In this document: piece after piece, positions 11,813 to 22,660 of the stretch
Numbering within the stretch: position 1 is the stretch's first letter
Layout: the number at the start of each line of letters is the position of its first letter
DNA from: an uncultured Chloroflexia bacterium
Lineage (GTDB): Bacteria; Chloroflexota; Limnocylindria; QHBO01
DNA: 64,000 nucleotides
NCBI GenBank assembly: GCA_963825525.1
Contig: CAWGTN010000002.1
Coordinates: 1,408,001-1,472,000, forward strand
Reading direction: 5' to 3'
The notes under the pieces: model-generated
The model's database searches: none
The model's input: the letters and a program-made list of their open reading frames with translations, nothing else
What the model was told of the DNA's origin: nothing
Position numbers and translations under genes: made by a program

Positions 11813-11827
11813 GGAGGCCCGGGATAC

Positions 11828-13121
11828 TCAGCGCGCGGTGGGCTCCAGGTGGGCAACGAGGCGTTCCGCCAGCTCGATCGAGTAGTTCTGCCCTCGGTCG
11901 TGCGGATACACCTGGAACATGTTGGCCACGTAGAGGCCCGGGATCGGGGTGTCGAAGGGCGGAATGTGATCGCGATACGCGGTCGTGACGATCGGCTGGG
12001 CGAAGGGCGCGCTGAACGACCAGCGTTCCGTGACCCACGATCGATCGAAGCCGGGAGCGATGCGCGCCAGGTGCGGAATGTAGGCGTCGACGATCTCGTC
12101 CAGCGACATGCTGAAGAGCGGGTCGTCCATCGGCCGATAGTTGCCGAGGTAGACGAGGTGACGGCCGCCATAGTCCGCGGCTGGCTGGTAGTTCGTGTGC
12201 TCCACCAGGGCCAGGAACGGGAAGCCGGGATCGTTCACGTTCATCCAGTACGAATCGGTCAATGGCCGGTCAATGGCGAGGATGAGGCAGTGGGCGCCGG
12301 ACGCTCGCCGCCACTCGTGACGCGCGCGGTAGTCGTCGGGGATCCCCGGAGCCAGCCGGCACGTGAGGGTGCGTTGGCAGGGTCGATATAACGAGGTCGA
12401 ACGCCGCTTCGTCCACAGCCGTTCGAACTCGCAGGTCGGATGACGCTGGGCCCCGCCCTATCTCGATCACAGCGGTCGAGAGACGCAGCTCGCCCCGCAT
12501 CGCCGCGATCCGCTCAGCGAGTCGATTGTAGAAGCGCTGGAAGCCACCACGCAGATAGCCGAGCTCAGCGCTGCGATCGTGGACACGAGCCCAAAACCAC
12601 GGCATCGCAATCTCCTCCGCCGCCGCACCGAACTTGCCCTGCAGCAGCGGACCCCACACGACCTCGTAGGCGCGCTCGCCCATCCGTCGCCGGATCCAGG
12701 TTGCCGCGCTCTGTCCCTCGAGCGACGACGGCTCCCCGAGGGTGCGGAGATGGGCCAGCGCCGCGCCCATGCGCATGCGGTCGAGCGGCGGGAGCGGCGA
12801 GAAGCGCAGCAGGCTCATCGGCGAGTCGAGCTGGTGGGCACGGCCACCGCTGAAGGTGACCGTGCGTGGCCGGGACCACGTCAACGCGTCGCCGAGCCCA
12901 AGCTCGTGGATGAGAGCGATCGCGAACCGATCCGAGCGGAAGAGGTGGTGATAGAACTTCTCGAGCCACATCTCCGGCTCGATCTCGAACCCGGCTGCGA
13001 GGCCGCCGGGCAGCGACTCGCGCTCGTAGACGGTGACGCGATCGCCGCGTTGCGACAGCCGCAGCGCCACGGTCAGTCCGAGCGCACCCGCGCCAAGGAC
13101 AGCGACGCGCCGATCGCTCAT
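11828..13121 (-). CDS. FAD-dependent oxidoreductase (amine oxidase/protoporphyrinogen-oxidase-like family; frameshift near 12350)
   Basis: VAVLGAGALG Rossmann motif, PGGLA, EKFYHH and C-terminal YPHDRGQN. Confidence 0.85.
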
Positions 13122-14574
13122 GGGCAGCGCTCGAGGAGCACCTGCTTCTCGTCCCGGAGGACTTCGCACCAGCCGGCGTCGGTCGCCGCACCACGCGCGA
13201 TCGCCGTTTCCGGCGGGAAGAGGAGCCAGTCAGCGCCGCCGTACCTCCCCAGGATGGCCTCCCAGCCGGGGTCGGCGGCCCGGATACTCGAGTAGTCCTC
13301 AAGGATGGCCTCCGGATACATGTCGTTGCGCCCGTCGACGAAGACGCGGCCGCCGGTCGGGTGCAGCCGGTTGATGACATAGCCCGCCCAGCCGTACTCG
13401 GCCACCACACGGGCATCCGGATCCATCGCCACGAGCCGGTCGACGGCCGTCGCAGGGAACGCATTGTTGGCGACGTCGAGGCTGGCGGCATCTGGATCGC
13501 GCCGGCACGAGGATCACCCACGCCGCAATGATCACCACGAGACCGACCGACATCTCCATGATTCGCCGGCCCATGACGACCGCTGCCGGATGCTCGCGAC
13601 GTGCGGGCCGGCGAGGTAGGTACGCGTCGAGGGTATGCGCCAGCGTTGGCATGGCGAGGAGCGCGGCCAGCGGTGCGTTCCGAAGAGCAACCAGTCCCAT
13701 CGCGATTCCAACATAGGAGAGGAACTTCAGCCATCCCGGCCCCGACCGGCCCGCCACGGCAATCGCGACGATCAACCCGAGGAAGGCGAGATGCGCCGGA
13801 TCGTGGAAGTCGGGTGACTGCCACTCCTGGATGTTGGCGAGCCCCCAGTCGCTGCCGTCTACGTAGCGGAGCGGGTAGAACAGGCCGGCAGGCCCGGCAG
13901 GGGTGGCCATCGACGCCAGGCCGGAGCCGAGTGTCGCCATCGAGCATCCATCCGCGGGCGTGCGACATCGGGGTCCTGCCGAGGAGCGTGAAGAGCAGAT
14001 AGGCGCCAACGACGCCAAGGCCGATGACGTAAAGCCCGTGCAGGTTGGCCCACGCGATGAACAGGGGGATGAGCAGGAGGGATCGCATCGGACGATCCCT
14101 CCGCAGGCTCATGAGCACCACCAGCTCGATGGCCAGCAGGAGCCATGAGATCGCCTGCGGACGCGCCGTGACGTAGGGGAGGAAGACCAGGGCCGCGAGG
14201 GTCGCCGGGAGGGCGACGGCGATCGTACGCAGGCCGCGACGGGAGAGGGACAGCGCGAGGATTCCGATGGCCGTGCCCGCGACGGCCCCAAACATGACCA
14301 GCGTGGGCGTCGCGCCGATCGTTGACACCGACACGTGCATGAGGACCTCGCTCAGCCACTCATGCGGCGTCCAGGGCTGCCCCTGCCAGGTAAACGAGAA
14401 CGGATCCGTGCTCGGGACGCCTGACTCGGCAATGAGCTTCCCCGCGGTCAGGTGCCAGTAGTAATCGGGATCCCCGAGACCTTTCACCAGGCTGACGGCG
14501 GCCAGGATCACGGCGAGAACCACAGCGTGGATCAGCGACGGCGAGGGAACCCAGGACGGCAGTCGAGCTTGCAT
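13118..14574 (-). CDS. polytopic GT-C-like membrane protein, paralog A (frameshifted)
   Basis: DPDYYWHL..G, DPFSFT, W..HEWL, WANLHG and FVDGRNDMY; more than 10 TM. Confidence 0.7.
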
Positions 14575-14639
14575 TCGGCGCGAGTCTAGCCGGTGACGGT
14601 ACGCACCAGCACTGACCCGAAAGGGCTACCCATCGGCGA

Positions 14640-15668
14640 GTGCCGCGTGCAGTAGGCTTCCGCCTCGTGGACTCCCGACGCCTCACTCGCAACATCGGCG
14701 GCTGGGCCGTGCTGGCCCTCGGGGTCGCTGCGGTCGTGCTTGCCGCGATGCGCGCTGAGCAGCAGCTGGCCGCGATCAACTTCAACGCATTCGATGACTG
14801 GCGAACCTACGCTCGGGCGGTTGACCGCTGGCTGGCCGGCGAGCCGATCTACGCCCCAACCCAGGTCACGGGGTCATACCAGCTGCGCGACACTCTCCTG
14901 ACCGGATTCACCTACCCGCCGGCGGCAGTGCCGCTCCTCGCGCCTTTCGCAGCGGGCACGGCCGGGCTCATCGCGTGGATCTCCGTCAACCTCGGCACGT
15001 TCATCCTGGGGGTAGTCGCCGTGCTTCGGCACGAGCTGGGTGGCGTCGGTCCGCTTGCGATCGGCATTGCGCTCATCGGCGCGGCGGTCTTTCCCCCATT
15101 TGGGAACGCAGTCGTATCCGGCAACCTGAACCTGGGCATCGCCGGCCTTTTCGCATGGCTTTGGGTCATTCGCGCGCAGCGGCTGACGGCCGGAGTGGCG
15201 GGCATCGGAGCGGTGCTGAAGCTCTTCCCGGGCCTCCTTGCCGCGTGGCCGATGCGCCATGACGGTTGGCGCAGCTTCGGAATAGCGGCAGGCTCAGGTC
15301 TTGCCGTTGTCCTCGCGACCCTGCCGCTCGTCGGTGTGGCGTCGTGGGTCGACTTCGGCCGGGCGCTGCTCAACGCGCAGCCCGAGTGCTCGCCGCAAAG
15401 CTTCTCGATCGCCTGCGGGCTGGATGGCGCGGTTGGGCCGTCCGCCGCGCGTCTGGTTGGGGTCGTCGTCTCTCTCGCCCTGGTTGTCATCACGCTTCGT
15501 GTCAGGTCGCCGTTTGTGGCGTACGCAGCGCTTGCGGGTGCGCTGCTCGCGCCGGTGGTGGACATGCATCCGCACTACTGGCTGTTCGCCTGGATCGTGG
15601 CGTTCGTGGGCGTGGCGCGCGGGATGGGACGAAGGGCACACCGCGAGCTCGTGCCGAGGCCAGCATGA
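14640..15668 (+). CDS. GT87/DUF2029-like membrane glycosyltransferase
   Basis: D..Y, FTYPP, GNLN and LKLFP motifs; polytopic. Confidence 0.8.
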   Translation: MPRAVGFRLVDSRRLTRNIGGWAVLALGVAAVVLAAMRAEQQLAAINFNAFDDWRTYARAVDRWLAGEPIYAPTQVTGSYQLRDTLLTGFTYPPAAVPLLAPFAAGTAGLIAWISVNLGTFILGVVAVLRHELGGVGPLAIGIALIGAAVFPPFGNAVVSGNLNLGIAGLFAWLWVIRAQRLTAGVAGIGAVLKLFPGLLAAWPMRHDGWRSFGIAAGSGLAVVLATLPLVGVASWVDFGRALLNAQPECSPQSFSIACGLDGAVGPSAARLVGVVVSLALVVITLRVRSPFVAYAALAGALLAPVVDMHPHYWLFAWIVAFVGVARGMGRRAHRELVPRPA

Positions 15669-16531
15669 GGAGGAACGCGGCGAGGATCGGCCCCCTGATC
15701 GTGATGGGGATTCTCTCCGGCATCGCGGTCGGGGCGGTGGTCTTCGGCCTGGAATCGTGGACGCTGGAGGACATGCACGTCTACCTGGAGGCGGCGCATA
15801 GGCTGCGGGCGGGCGAGACCCTGTACTCGACCACGAATCCGCTCGCGGCCTACCAGTACGCGCCGTGGTTCGCCGCCGCCTGGGTTCCCTTCACGTTTCT
15901 GCCGGAGACCATGGTCGCCGTGGCGTGGTCGGTTGTCCTCGTCGCGGCGTCGTTCATCAGCGTCCGTCCGCTGCTCGCGAGCCGGTCTGCGCCGGCGCTG
16001 GCGTTGGCGCTGCTCATGTTTCCAATCCTCCTCTTCTCGTCCGCGCGCAGCGGCAACGTGCAGCCGATCCTCATTGCCGCACTCGTTACCGGACTCGAAC
16101 GCCGATGGGGACCGGTCGCCATTGCGGCCGCAGCGTCACTCAAGGCGTTTCCGCTCGCGTTCGCCTTGGTGTACCTCGGCCGTCGCGACTGGCGACGCTT
16201 CGCGATTACCGTCGGCCTGACGGCGCTGATCGTGGCGCCTATGCTCGTCTTTGATCTGGAGCGCTACACCGTCGACGGCCCACGAGCCGGAACGCTGTAC
16301 GACATCTCGCCAATTGCCTACGCGATTCCCGCCGCCGGCCTGGCCCTGGTGACAATTCTTCTCGCAAGGCGACGGTCTCGTCACGCCTGGCTGGCCGCCG
16401 CAACCACCGTCGTCGTGGGGCTACCCAGAATGCTGAGCTACGACATCACATTCCTTCTGGCCGGGACGACGACCCGCCTCACGACACCTGCAGCGGACGA
16501 GGATGTGGCCGGGCGCGGGATGGTCGGCTGA
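15665..16531 (+). CDS. GT87-like membrane glycosyltransferase
   Basis: ATGA overlap with upstream gene; DMHVY, YQYAP, GNVQP and LKAFP. Confidence 0.78.
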   Translation: MRRNAARIGPLIVMGILSGIAVGAVVFGLESWTLEDMHVYLEAAHRLRAGETLYSTTNPLAAYQYAPWFAAAWVPFTFLPETMVAVAWSVVLVAASFISVRPLLASRSAPALALALLMFPILLFSSARSGNVQPILIAALVTGLERRWGPVAIAAAASLKAFPLAFALVYLGRRDWRRFAITVGLTALIVAPMLVFDLERYTVDGPRAGTLYDISPIAYAIPAAGLALVTILLARRRSRHAWLAAATTVVVGLPRMLSYDITFLLAGTTTRLTTPAADEDVAGRGMVG

Positions 16532-16545
16532 TAGTGTCACCGCCG

Positions 16546-17577
16546 ATGTCCGCAACCTCCACGCTGCTCGCCATCGCAGGCCGACGTCGCTTCCTCATTC
16601 GACTGTCCGCCGCGGCGCTGGTCGTCTATATCGCCATCGTCGTGTCCCTCGGCTTCCGCGGCGACTGGGCGATCGATTTCACGTGCTGCTACCAGCAGGC
16701 AGGGCAGCGCCTCTTGGACGGCGGCGATCTGTATGCCTGGAGCGAGACGTACACCTTCCGGTACACGCCCTGGGCGGCGGCGTTGCTCACGGTCTTCACG
16801 CCATTCCCGGAGTGGATGGCCATCTTGCTGTGGCTCGCCATCAAGGCCGTGGTGCTGGTGGCCGCCGCCGCCCTGTTCGCGCGAGCGTGGGCAGGATCCG
16901 ACCGAACGTTCGCCTTTGGCCTGGCGGCGTTCTTCCCGCCGGCGATGCATGACCTCATGATCGGCAACGTCAGCGCCTTCACGCTGGTGGTGGAGATCAT
17001 GCTGCTCCGGCTGCGGCCGGCCATCGCCGGCCCGGCTTTCGGCCTCCTCCTCCTCCTTGTACCCAAGCCGCACTTGGTGCCGATCCTGGTTTGGCTGCTC
17101 ATTCGCCAGTCGCGAACCGGGCTCATGGCCCTGGGCGTCTGTGCCGCCGGCGTGCTGGTCGGCATCGGCCTGTTCGGCCTCGAACCGTGGCTGGGCTTCG
17201 TCGACACCCTGCGCGAGCCGCTCGGGCGGGACTTCACGGCCAACATCGGCCTCTCCGGCTTGCTCGGGCCTGTGGGCGTTGTCATCTCCGCGGTTCTTGC
17301 AGCCGGGCTGTTCGCCATGGCGGTGCAGCGGCGCGGATCGGAAGGCCTCGGATACGCGATCCTGTCGGGCATCGTGCTCGGTCCGTACACGTTCATCCAC
17401 TACTTGGTCGGGGTGCTGGTGGCCGCAGAACCTTTGCTCCGCGCCCGACCTCGCCGGTTGGTCGCCTTTCCACTGCTCTATCTGATCGCACCGCTCTCGC
17501 ATGTCTGGACGGTGCTGCTCGCCGTAGTGAGCTGGGCGACGCTCCGCGACGGAGCTCGGGCCGGTCCGGATGCGTGA
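16546..17577 (+). CDS. GT87-like membrane glycosyltransferase
   Basis: IDF..Y, FRYTP, GNVS and KPHL. Confidence 0.78.
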   Translation: MSATSTLLAIAGRRRFLIRLSAAALVVYIAIVVSLGFRGDWAIDFTCCYQQAGQRLLDGGDLYAWSETYTFRYTPWAAALLTVFTPFPEWMAILLWLAIKAVVLVAAAALFARAWAGSDRTFAFGLAAFFPPAMHDLMIGNVSAFTLVVEIMLLRLRPAIAGPAFGLLLLLVPKPHLVPILVWLLIRQSRTGLMALGVCAAGVLVGIGLFGLEPWLGFVDTLREPLGRDFTANIGLSGLLGPVGVVISAVLAAGLFAMAVQRRGSEGLGYAILSGIVLGPYTFIHYLVGVLVAAEPLLRARPRRLVAFPLLYLIAPLSHVWTVLLAVVSWATLRDGARAGPDA

Positions 17578-19198
17578 CCTGAGCGTTCGACCCCGAGTTC
17601 GGGACGTGGTGGTCCTTGCGCTCGTCGCGCTTGTCGCGCGGGTCATCGCCGGCTGGCTGGTGAGCTGGCCGCCATATACCGATCCGGGCTACTACACCCT
17701 GGTGGCGACGCGGCTGGCCGATGGATTTGGGTTCACCGTCCCGGTGCTATGGAGCTTCCTGGAGGTAGGCGGCTCACTTCCCGCCGATGCGACACTTCCC
17801 GTCGCCAGTAACGGGCACTGGATGCCGCTCACCTCAATCGTCGCCGCCGGAGCCATGGCCATCTTCGGCTCCGAATACCGCGCCGGCCAGGTCCCGATGA
17901 TCCTGCTCAGCACGGCGCTCGTACCGGCGACGTACCTCATCGGCATACGCTTCTGGCGCCAGCGATTTGTGGCGGTGGCCGGTGCACTGCTGGCAGTCTT
18001 CGCAGGGCCGTTGCTCGTGATGTATCCAACGATTGACAACTTCGCGGTCTTCGGCGCAGCTGGCTGCGCCGCGATCTGGCTCGCCTGCGAAGCCGTGGAC
18101 GCGCGTCGGCCGCTCCTGTGGCTGATCGGGTCGGGTGCGCTGGTCGGTTGCGCGACGTTGGCGCGTGTCGACGGCCTTCTCCTGGCTATCGCAACCATGA
18201 CCGCATGGGCACTCATCGCCGCTCGTCGCGGCGTCGACGACTGGCCAAGGGTTATCGGCCTGGGAGCCGCTGCGCTGGGCGCGTTCGCCATCGTCGTGGC
18301 GCCGTGGGCGCTTCGTAACGTGGCGGAATTCGGTGCGGCATTGCCGTCAGCTGGAGGACACACGCTCTGGATCACGGACTACAACGAGCAGTTCTCGATC
18401 GGCAGTGAGCCGTCGGTCGGCAACTACCTGGGTTGGGGGATCGGTCCAATCGTTGCCAGTAAGCTCGTGAGCTGGGGAGAGCTGATCGGGCGGACAGCGG
18501 TGCTGTTGGGTGGCATCTTTCTGATCCCATTCGCAGCCGGGCTGTGGCGCGAACGCCGTCGCGGAGAGCTGGCACCGTTTCTCGCCTACTTCGTGGTGAT
18601 GTTCGTGGCGATGGGGCTCGTATTCACGTTCCACGCGCCGAAGGGCGCGTTTTATCATTCCGCGCCGGCGTGGCTCCCATTCGCATTTCCGCTTGCCGTG
18701 GCGAACATGGCGCCGGTCGCAACATCAGCGGGGCGCTTCTGGCGATTCCTGCAACGTCCGCAGACGCATCGGTTCCTCGTCGTGGCCGGTCTGGTGGGAG
18801 CCGTGTTCCTGTCGATCATCGGCTCAACGATCCTCTATCAACAGTGGAGTGCTTCGCGGGCGCGCGAGCTCGCCGCGGCCGGGTTTCTCTCCTCCGGCGG
18901 CCGATCAGGCGACGTGATCATGTACAGCGACCCGGCATCCATGGCGTTGACCAGTGGGAACCCCGGCATCGCGGGTCCGTTCGACGGGTATCCGATCCAG
19001 GAGCAGGTCATCCGCGCGTTCGATGTGGCCTGGGTCGTGGTAACCATTCGACCGGGCGAGACAACCGATCCGCTTGGCTTCTGGAGGGGCGGATTGGCGC
19101 GGGATGCCAACGGCGTCCGCGCCCACTTCCTCGCGAATGAACCAGCCTTCGAGGCTGATGGCGTCCGCATCTTCCGCGTGCTGGCTCCCACGGAGTGA
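17570..19198 (+). CDS. GT39/GT83 (PMT/ArnT-like) membrane glycosyltransferase
   Basis: DPGYY in the first loop, HWMPL, LARVDG and PWALRN; about 12 TM plus C-terminal extracytoplasmic domain. Confidence 0.75.
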   Translation: MRDLSVRPRVRDVVVLALVALVARVIAGWLVSWPPYTDPGYYTLVATRLADGFGFTVPVLWSFLEVGGSLPADATLPVASNGHWMPLTSIVAAGAMAIFGSEYRAGQVPMILLSTALVPATYLIGIRFWRQRFVAVAGALLAVFAGPLLVMYPTIDNFAVFGAAGCAAIWLACEAVDARRPLLWLIGSGALVGCATLARVDGLLLAIATMTAWALIAARRGVDDWPRVIGLGAAALGAFAIVVAPWALRNVAEFGAALPSAGGHTLWITDYNEQFSIGSEPSVGNYLGWGIGPIVASKLVSWGELIGRTAVLLGGIFLIPFAAGLWRERRRGELAPFLAYFVVMFVAMGLVFTFHAPKGAFYHSAPAWLPFAFPLAVANMAPVATSAGRFWRFLQRPQTHRFLVVAGLVGAVFLSIIGSTILYQQWSASRARELAAAGFLSSGGRSGDVIMYSDPASMALTSGNPGIAGPFDGYPIQEQVIRAFDVAWVVVTIRPGETTDPLGFWRGGLARDANGVRAHFLANEPAFEADGVRIFRVLAPTE

Positions 19199-20019
19199 TC
19201 CCTCGAATGGTGAAGCGAGGCTGGGCACCGCTGTATTGGACCCTCACCCTAGTGGGTGCCATCTACTGCGGGCTCGTCCTGGTCGGGCTTGTTCCCTATG
19301 GCGGATGTACCGGGGAATTGGTCATGTGCGACGGTGCCGCCTACTACTACGCGCCGTCAGACCCGTACCGATGGGACCTGCGGCCGGAGGGCGTCGCGCC
19401 GTACCGGTATGCGCCTGCCTTCCTGGTCCCATTCGCACCCTTCGAACTGCTGCCGTGGGAGATGTTCGCCGCCACGTGGTTCGGGTTGCACGTGATTGCC
19501 TTCATATGGCTGCGTGCGGGCTGGATGATGGCGGTGCCCGGACTCCAGGACGACCTGATCCGCGGCAACGTCACGGTATTTTTGGCGGTCGCCGTCGTGC
19601 TCGCGCTGACGCGCACGGCTGCGTGGTGGATGCCGGTGTTGCTGACAAAGGTCACACCTGGGGTCGGCGCCGTCTGGCACCTCGCGCGGCGCGAGTGGCG
19701 GGAGTTCGTGATCGCGGTCGGCATCACCACCCTCGTCGTGACCGCCGGATTTATCGTGGCGCCTTCCCTGTGGACGGAGTGGTTCCGCTCGGTTGCTGCC
19801 GGCCCGGAGTCGTACGAAGTCGGGCACCCGCTGGGGCCGCTGCCGCTGCGGCTGCTCTTCGCGGTCGCGGTCGTTGCGTTCGCCGGGATGACGGACCGCG
19901 CATGGCTCTTGCCGATTGGCCTACTGGTGGCGGTTCCAGGACTGTGGCCCCTGAATCTTGCGCTGCTGGCAGCGATCCCGCGGCTTCGCGCGATGCCGGT
20001 GGCTACGGGCAGTCGGTGA
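19195..20019 (+). CDS. GT87-like membrane glycosyltransferase
   Basis: DGAAY, YRYAP, GNVT and TKVTPG. Confidence 0.72.
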   Translation: MIPRMVKRGWAPLYWTLTLVGAIYCGLVLVGLVPYGGCTGELVMCDGAAYYYAPSDPYRWDLRPEGVAPYRYAPAFLVPFAPFELLPWEMFAATWFGLHVIAFIWLRAGWMMAVPGLQDDLIRGNVTVFLAVAVVLALTRTAAWWMPVLLTKVTPGVGAVWHLARREWREFVIAVGITTLVVTAGFIVAPSLWTEWFRSVAAGPESYEVGHPLGPLPLRLLFAVAVVAFAGMTDRAWLLPIGLLVAVPGLWPLNLALLAAIPRLRAMPVATGSR

Positions 20020-21439
20020 CCAGAAGAACGGCGACATCGTCCCGGAATGCCTCGCACCACCCGGCATCTTGGGCGGCACCCCTTACGAGCGCTGCGGCTG
20101 GCGGCATGAGGATCGCGTCGGCCCCGTACGTCGCCATTAGGCTCTCCCAGCCTTCCTCCGCATTTCGAATCGACACGAAGTCATCGAGAATCCTTTCGTC
20201 GTACATATCGTTGCGTCCGTCCACGAAGACCCGCGCTCCGGTGTCGAACAGCCGATACGTGACGTACCCACCCCACTGGTACTCCGCGACGACGCGTGCA
20301 TCAGGAGCGATCTCCTCGAGTTGGTCCACAGCCGCCACCGGGAACGTGCGTGGGATTACCACGTGGCCGGCGACAGCCGGAAGGCCAGGCACGATGATCA
20401 CCGTCGCTGCCAGGATGAGCGCGGCGGCACCGATCTCCATGACCCGACGCGCGAGTTGCACGCGCCCGGGGAGGGGCTGGACCCTCTTCTGCATTCGATC
20501 GCCCAGACCCAGCGCCAGGGTCGGAAGCACCAGGAGGCCCGCGAGAGGAACGTTTCGCGTGGCCAGCAGCGCTCCGACGACGCCGCACGCGGCCATGCCG
20601 ATCAACCAGGTGGGCGTGGCTCGCATGGCGTTGGCCAGGACCGCGAGGATCAGGCCCAGCAGACCCAGCTGGGTAGGATCGTGGAAGTCGGGGGACTGCC
20701 ACTCCGAGATGTGGCTCAGCCCCCAGTCCCCCGCATCCACATAGCGCAGCGGATAGACGAGTCCTTCCGGGCCGGCCGGCGTAACCATCGATGCCGCGAT
20801 GGCGGCTGCCAGGACGCCGAGCATCTCCCACCGCCGCGGCGACATCGGCGTGCGACCGATCAACGTGAACAGGACATAGAGCCCGAGCACACCGAGGCCG
20901 ATCACGTACAGTCCGTGCACGTTGGCCCAGATCACCATGAGCGGAATGACCAACCAAGGTCGCCATCGGCGCTCCGGTCTCATCGAGACGAGCCCGGCGA
21001 GAAGGAGACCGAGGAGTAGCCATGAGATTGCCTGGGGGCGGATCGTTGCGTACGACGCGAAGAGGTAGACGACCAGCGACGTCGCGATGGTCAACGGCAG
21101 CAGCGCCACTCCCTGGCGTCGGAGCGCCCAGGCCAGGATCAGCGGTCCGGAAATGCTGGCGACGCCGAAGAGGAAGGTTGAGATGCCCACGCCCACCCCG
21201 GCGATGAGCCAATGCATGACCAGCTCCCCCAGCCACTCGTGCATGACCCAGGACTGGCCTCCCCATGTGTATGAAAACGGGTCGGTCTGGAGCACGCCCC
21301 TCTCGGCTACCAGACGGCCCGCCATGATGTGCCAGTAGTAGTCGCTGTCCACGAGCCCGCGGGCCGTCGTCAGGATCCCGAACACGCCCGCGACGGTGAT
21401 CGCATAGATCGCGAAGGGGCTGGGCATGCGGGTTGGCAT
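20003..21439 (-). CDS. polytopic GT-C-like membrane protein, paralog B
   Basis: DSDYYWHIMAG, DPFSYTW, HEWL, WANVHG, EWQSPDFHDP and FVDGRNDMY; clear paralog of 13118..14574. Confidence 0.75.
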   Translation of the reverse strand: MPTRMPSPFAIYAITVAGVFGILTTARGLVDSDYYWHIMAGRLVAERGVLQTDPFSYTWGGQSWVMHEWLGELVMHWLIAGVGVGISTFLFGVASISGPLILAWALRRQGVALLPLTIATSLVVYLFASYATIRPQAISWLLLGLLLAGLVSMRPERRWRPWLVIPLMVIWANVHGLYVIGLGVLGLYVLFTLIGRTPMSPRRWEMLGVLAAAIAASMVTPAGPEGLVYPLRYVDAGDWGLSHISEWQSPDFHDPTQLGLLGLILAVLANAMRATPTWLIGMAACGVVGALLATRNVPLAGLLVLPTLALGLGDRMQKRVQPLPGRVQLARRVMEIGAAALILAATVIIVPGLPAVAGHVVIPRTFPVAAVDQLEEIAPDARVVAEYQWGGYVTYRLFDTGARVFVDGRNDMYDERILDDFVSIRNAEEGWESLMATYGADAILMPPAAALVRGAAQDAGWCEAFRDDVAVLLVTDCP

Positions 21440-21630
21440 TGCACGGGAGTCTACGAGCAGCGGCGCACTCGCGATGCGGGAGCTGCTGGTACAACCCCGG
21501 AAATGCGGGCGTCGCACGAGGCGCCCCTAGTACTTCCGGCGCACAAAGTACTGTTGCTGGAATGCACAGCACGCCGACAGCATGGGCGCGAGGTCCGGTA
21601 CCAGTCCGGACCCGGTACTCAAGGGAGTCC

Positions 21631-22647
21631 ATGCCGAACGAAGCGGAGCGGGGAACCATCGGACGGTTCGACCGCATCGGCGCCGAAGCGAGCGAGCATC
21701 TCCGCGGAGAGTCTCGCCGCATGCACGAGCTTGCGGAGCAGTTCCGCGAGCAGTACCGGCGCAACCTGGAGGAGTGGATGCAGCTTCGCGCTCGCATCGA
21801 CCGCCGTGGTGGCGCGCTCCGACCGGTTGGGACCGATACCCTGCGCGCCGAGTACGAGGCCCATGGTCGCGAGCTCGCCAGCCTCCAGGGCCGCTTGAAG
21901 CGCATGGACGTGATCGCTCGGCAGCTGGACATCCTGTGGGCCTACCTCGAAGGCGCCGATGATCCGAGCGACGAGCCGGCCCTCATCGACGACGACTCAC
22001 CGGCAGCCATGAGCCTCCGGATCATCCAGGCCCAGGAGGGCGAACGCCAGCGCATGGCCGAGGACATCCACGATGGACCGGCCCAGGTGCTGACGAATGC
22101 CATCTTCCAGGTCGAGTACCTCAACCGCATGCTCGGCGACACTGACCGGGCCGCCCAGGCCGAGATCGCATTCCTGCGCGACATGCTGCGCGGCGGCCTG
22201 GACGAGGTGCGGACATTCATCACCGATCTCCGGCCCCCGTTGCCGGATGTCGGCGTGGCCGCCGCGCTCGCGGAGCGGACACAGCAGCTGGAGACGCACC
22301 ACGGGATCGTGGTGGAGGTCTCCCTGGACGGCGTCGACGATCGGCTCAGCCCCACGCAGCGCGTGTCGGTGGTGCGGATCATCCAGGAGGCCCTCCAGAA
22401 CGTTCGAAAGCACGCGGCGGCAAGCGCCATCGTCATCAAGCTGGAAGAGGACGCCATCGTCATCGAGGACAACGGACGGGGCTTCGACCTGATGCGCCTC
22501 GCATCGGGCAAGACCCGCAACTTCGGACTGCAGTTCATGCGGGAGCGCGCCGAGCTTCTCGGCGGCCAGCTCCAGATCGAGTCACGACAGGGTGAGGGCA
22601 CCCGCATCCTGCTTCGCCTGCCGGAGCAGGCTGCCGATGCACACTGA
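21631..22647 (+). CDS. soluble sensor histidine kinase, HisKA_3 (DegS/NarX type)
   Basis: ERQRMAEDIHDGPAQ H-box, EALQNVRKHA, DNGRGF and FGLQFMRERAE; no TM; AAGGGAG RBS. Confidence 0.92.
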   Translation: MPNEAERGTIGRFDRIGAEASEHLRGESRRMHELAEQFREQYRRNLEEWMQLRARIDRRGGALRPVGTDTLRAEYEAHGRELASLQGRLKRMDVIARQLDILWAYLEGADDPSDEPALIDDDSPAAMSLRIIQAQEGERQRMAEDIHDGPAQVLTNAIFQVEYLNRMLGDTDRAAQAEIAFLRDMLRGGLDEVRTFITDLRPPLPDVGVAAALAERTQQLETHHGIVVEVSLDGVDDRLSPTQRVSVVRIIQEALQNVRKHAAASAIVIKLEEDAIVIEDNGRGFDLMRLASGKTRNFGLQFMRERAELLGGQLQIESRQGEGTRILLRLPEQAADAH

Positions 22648-22660
22648 GGAGGAGATTCCC

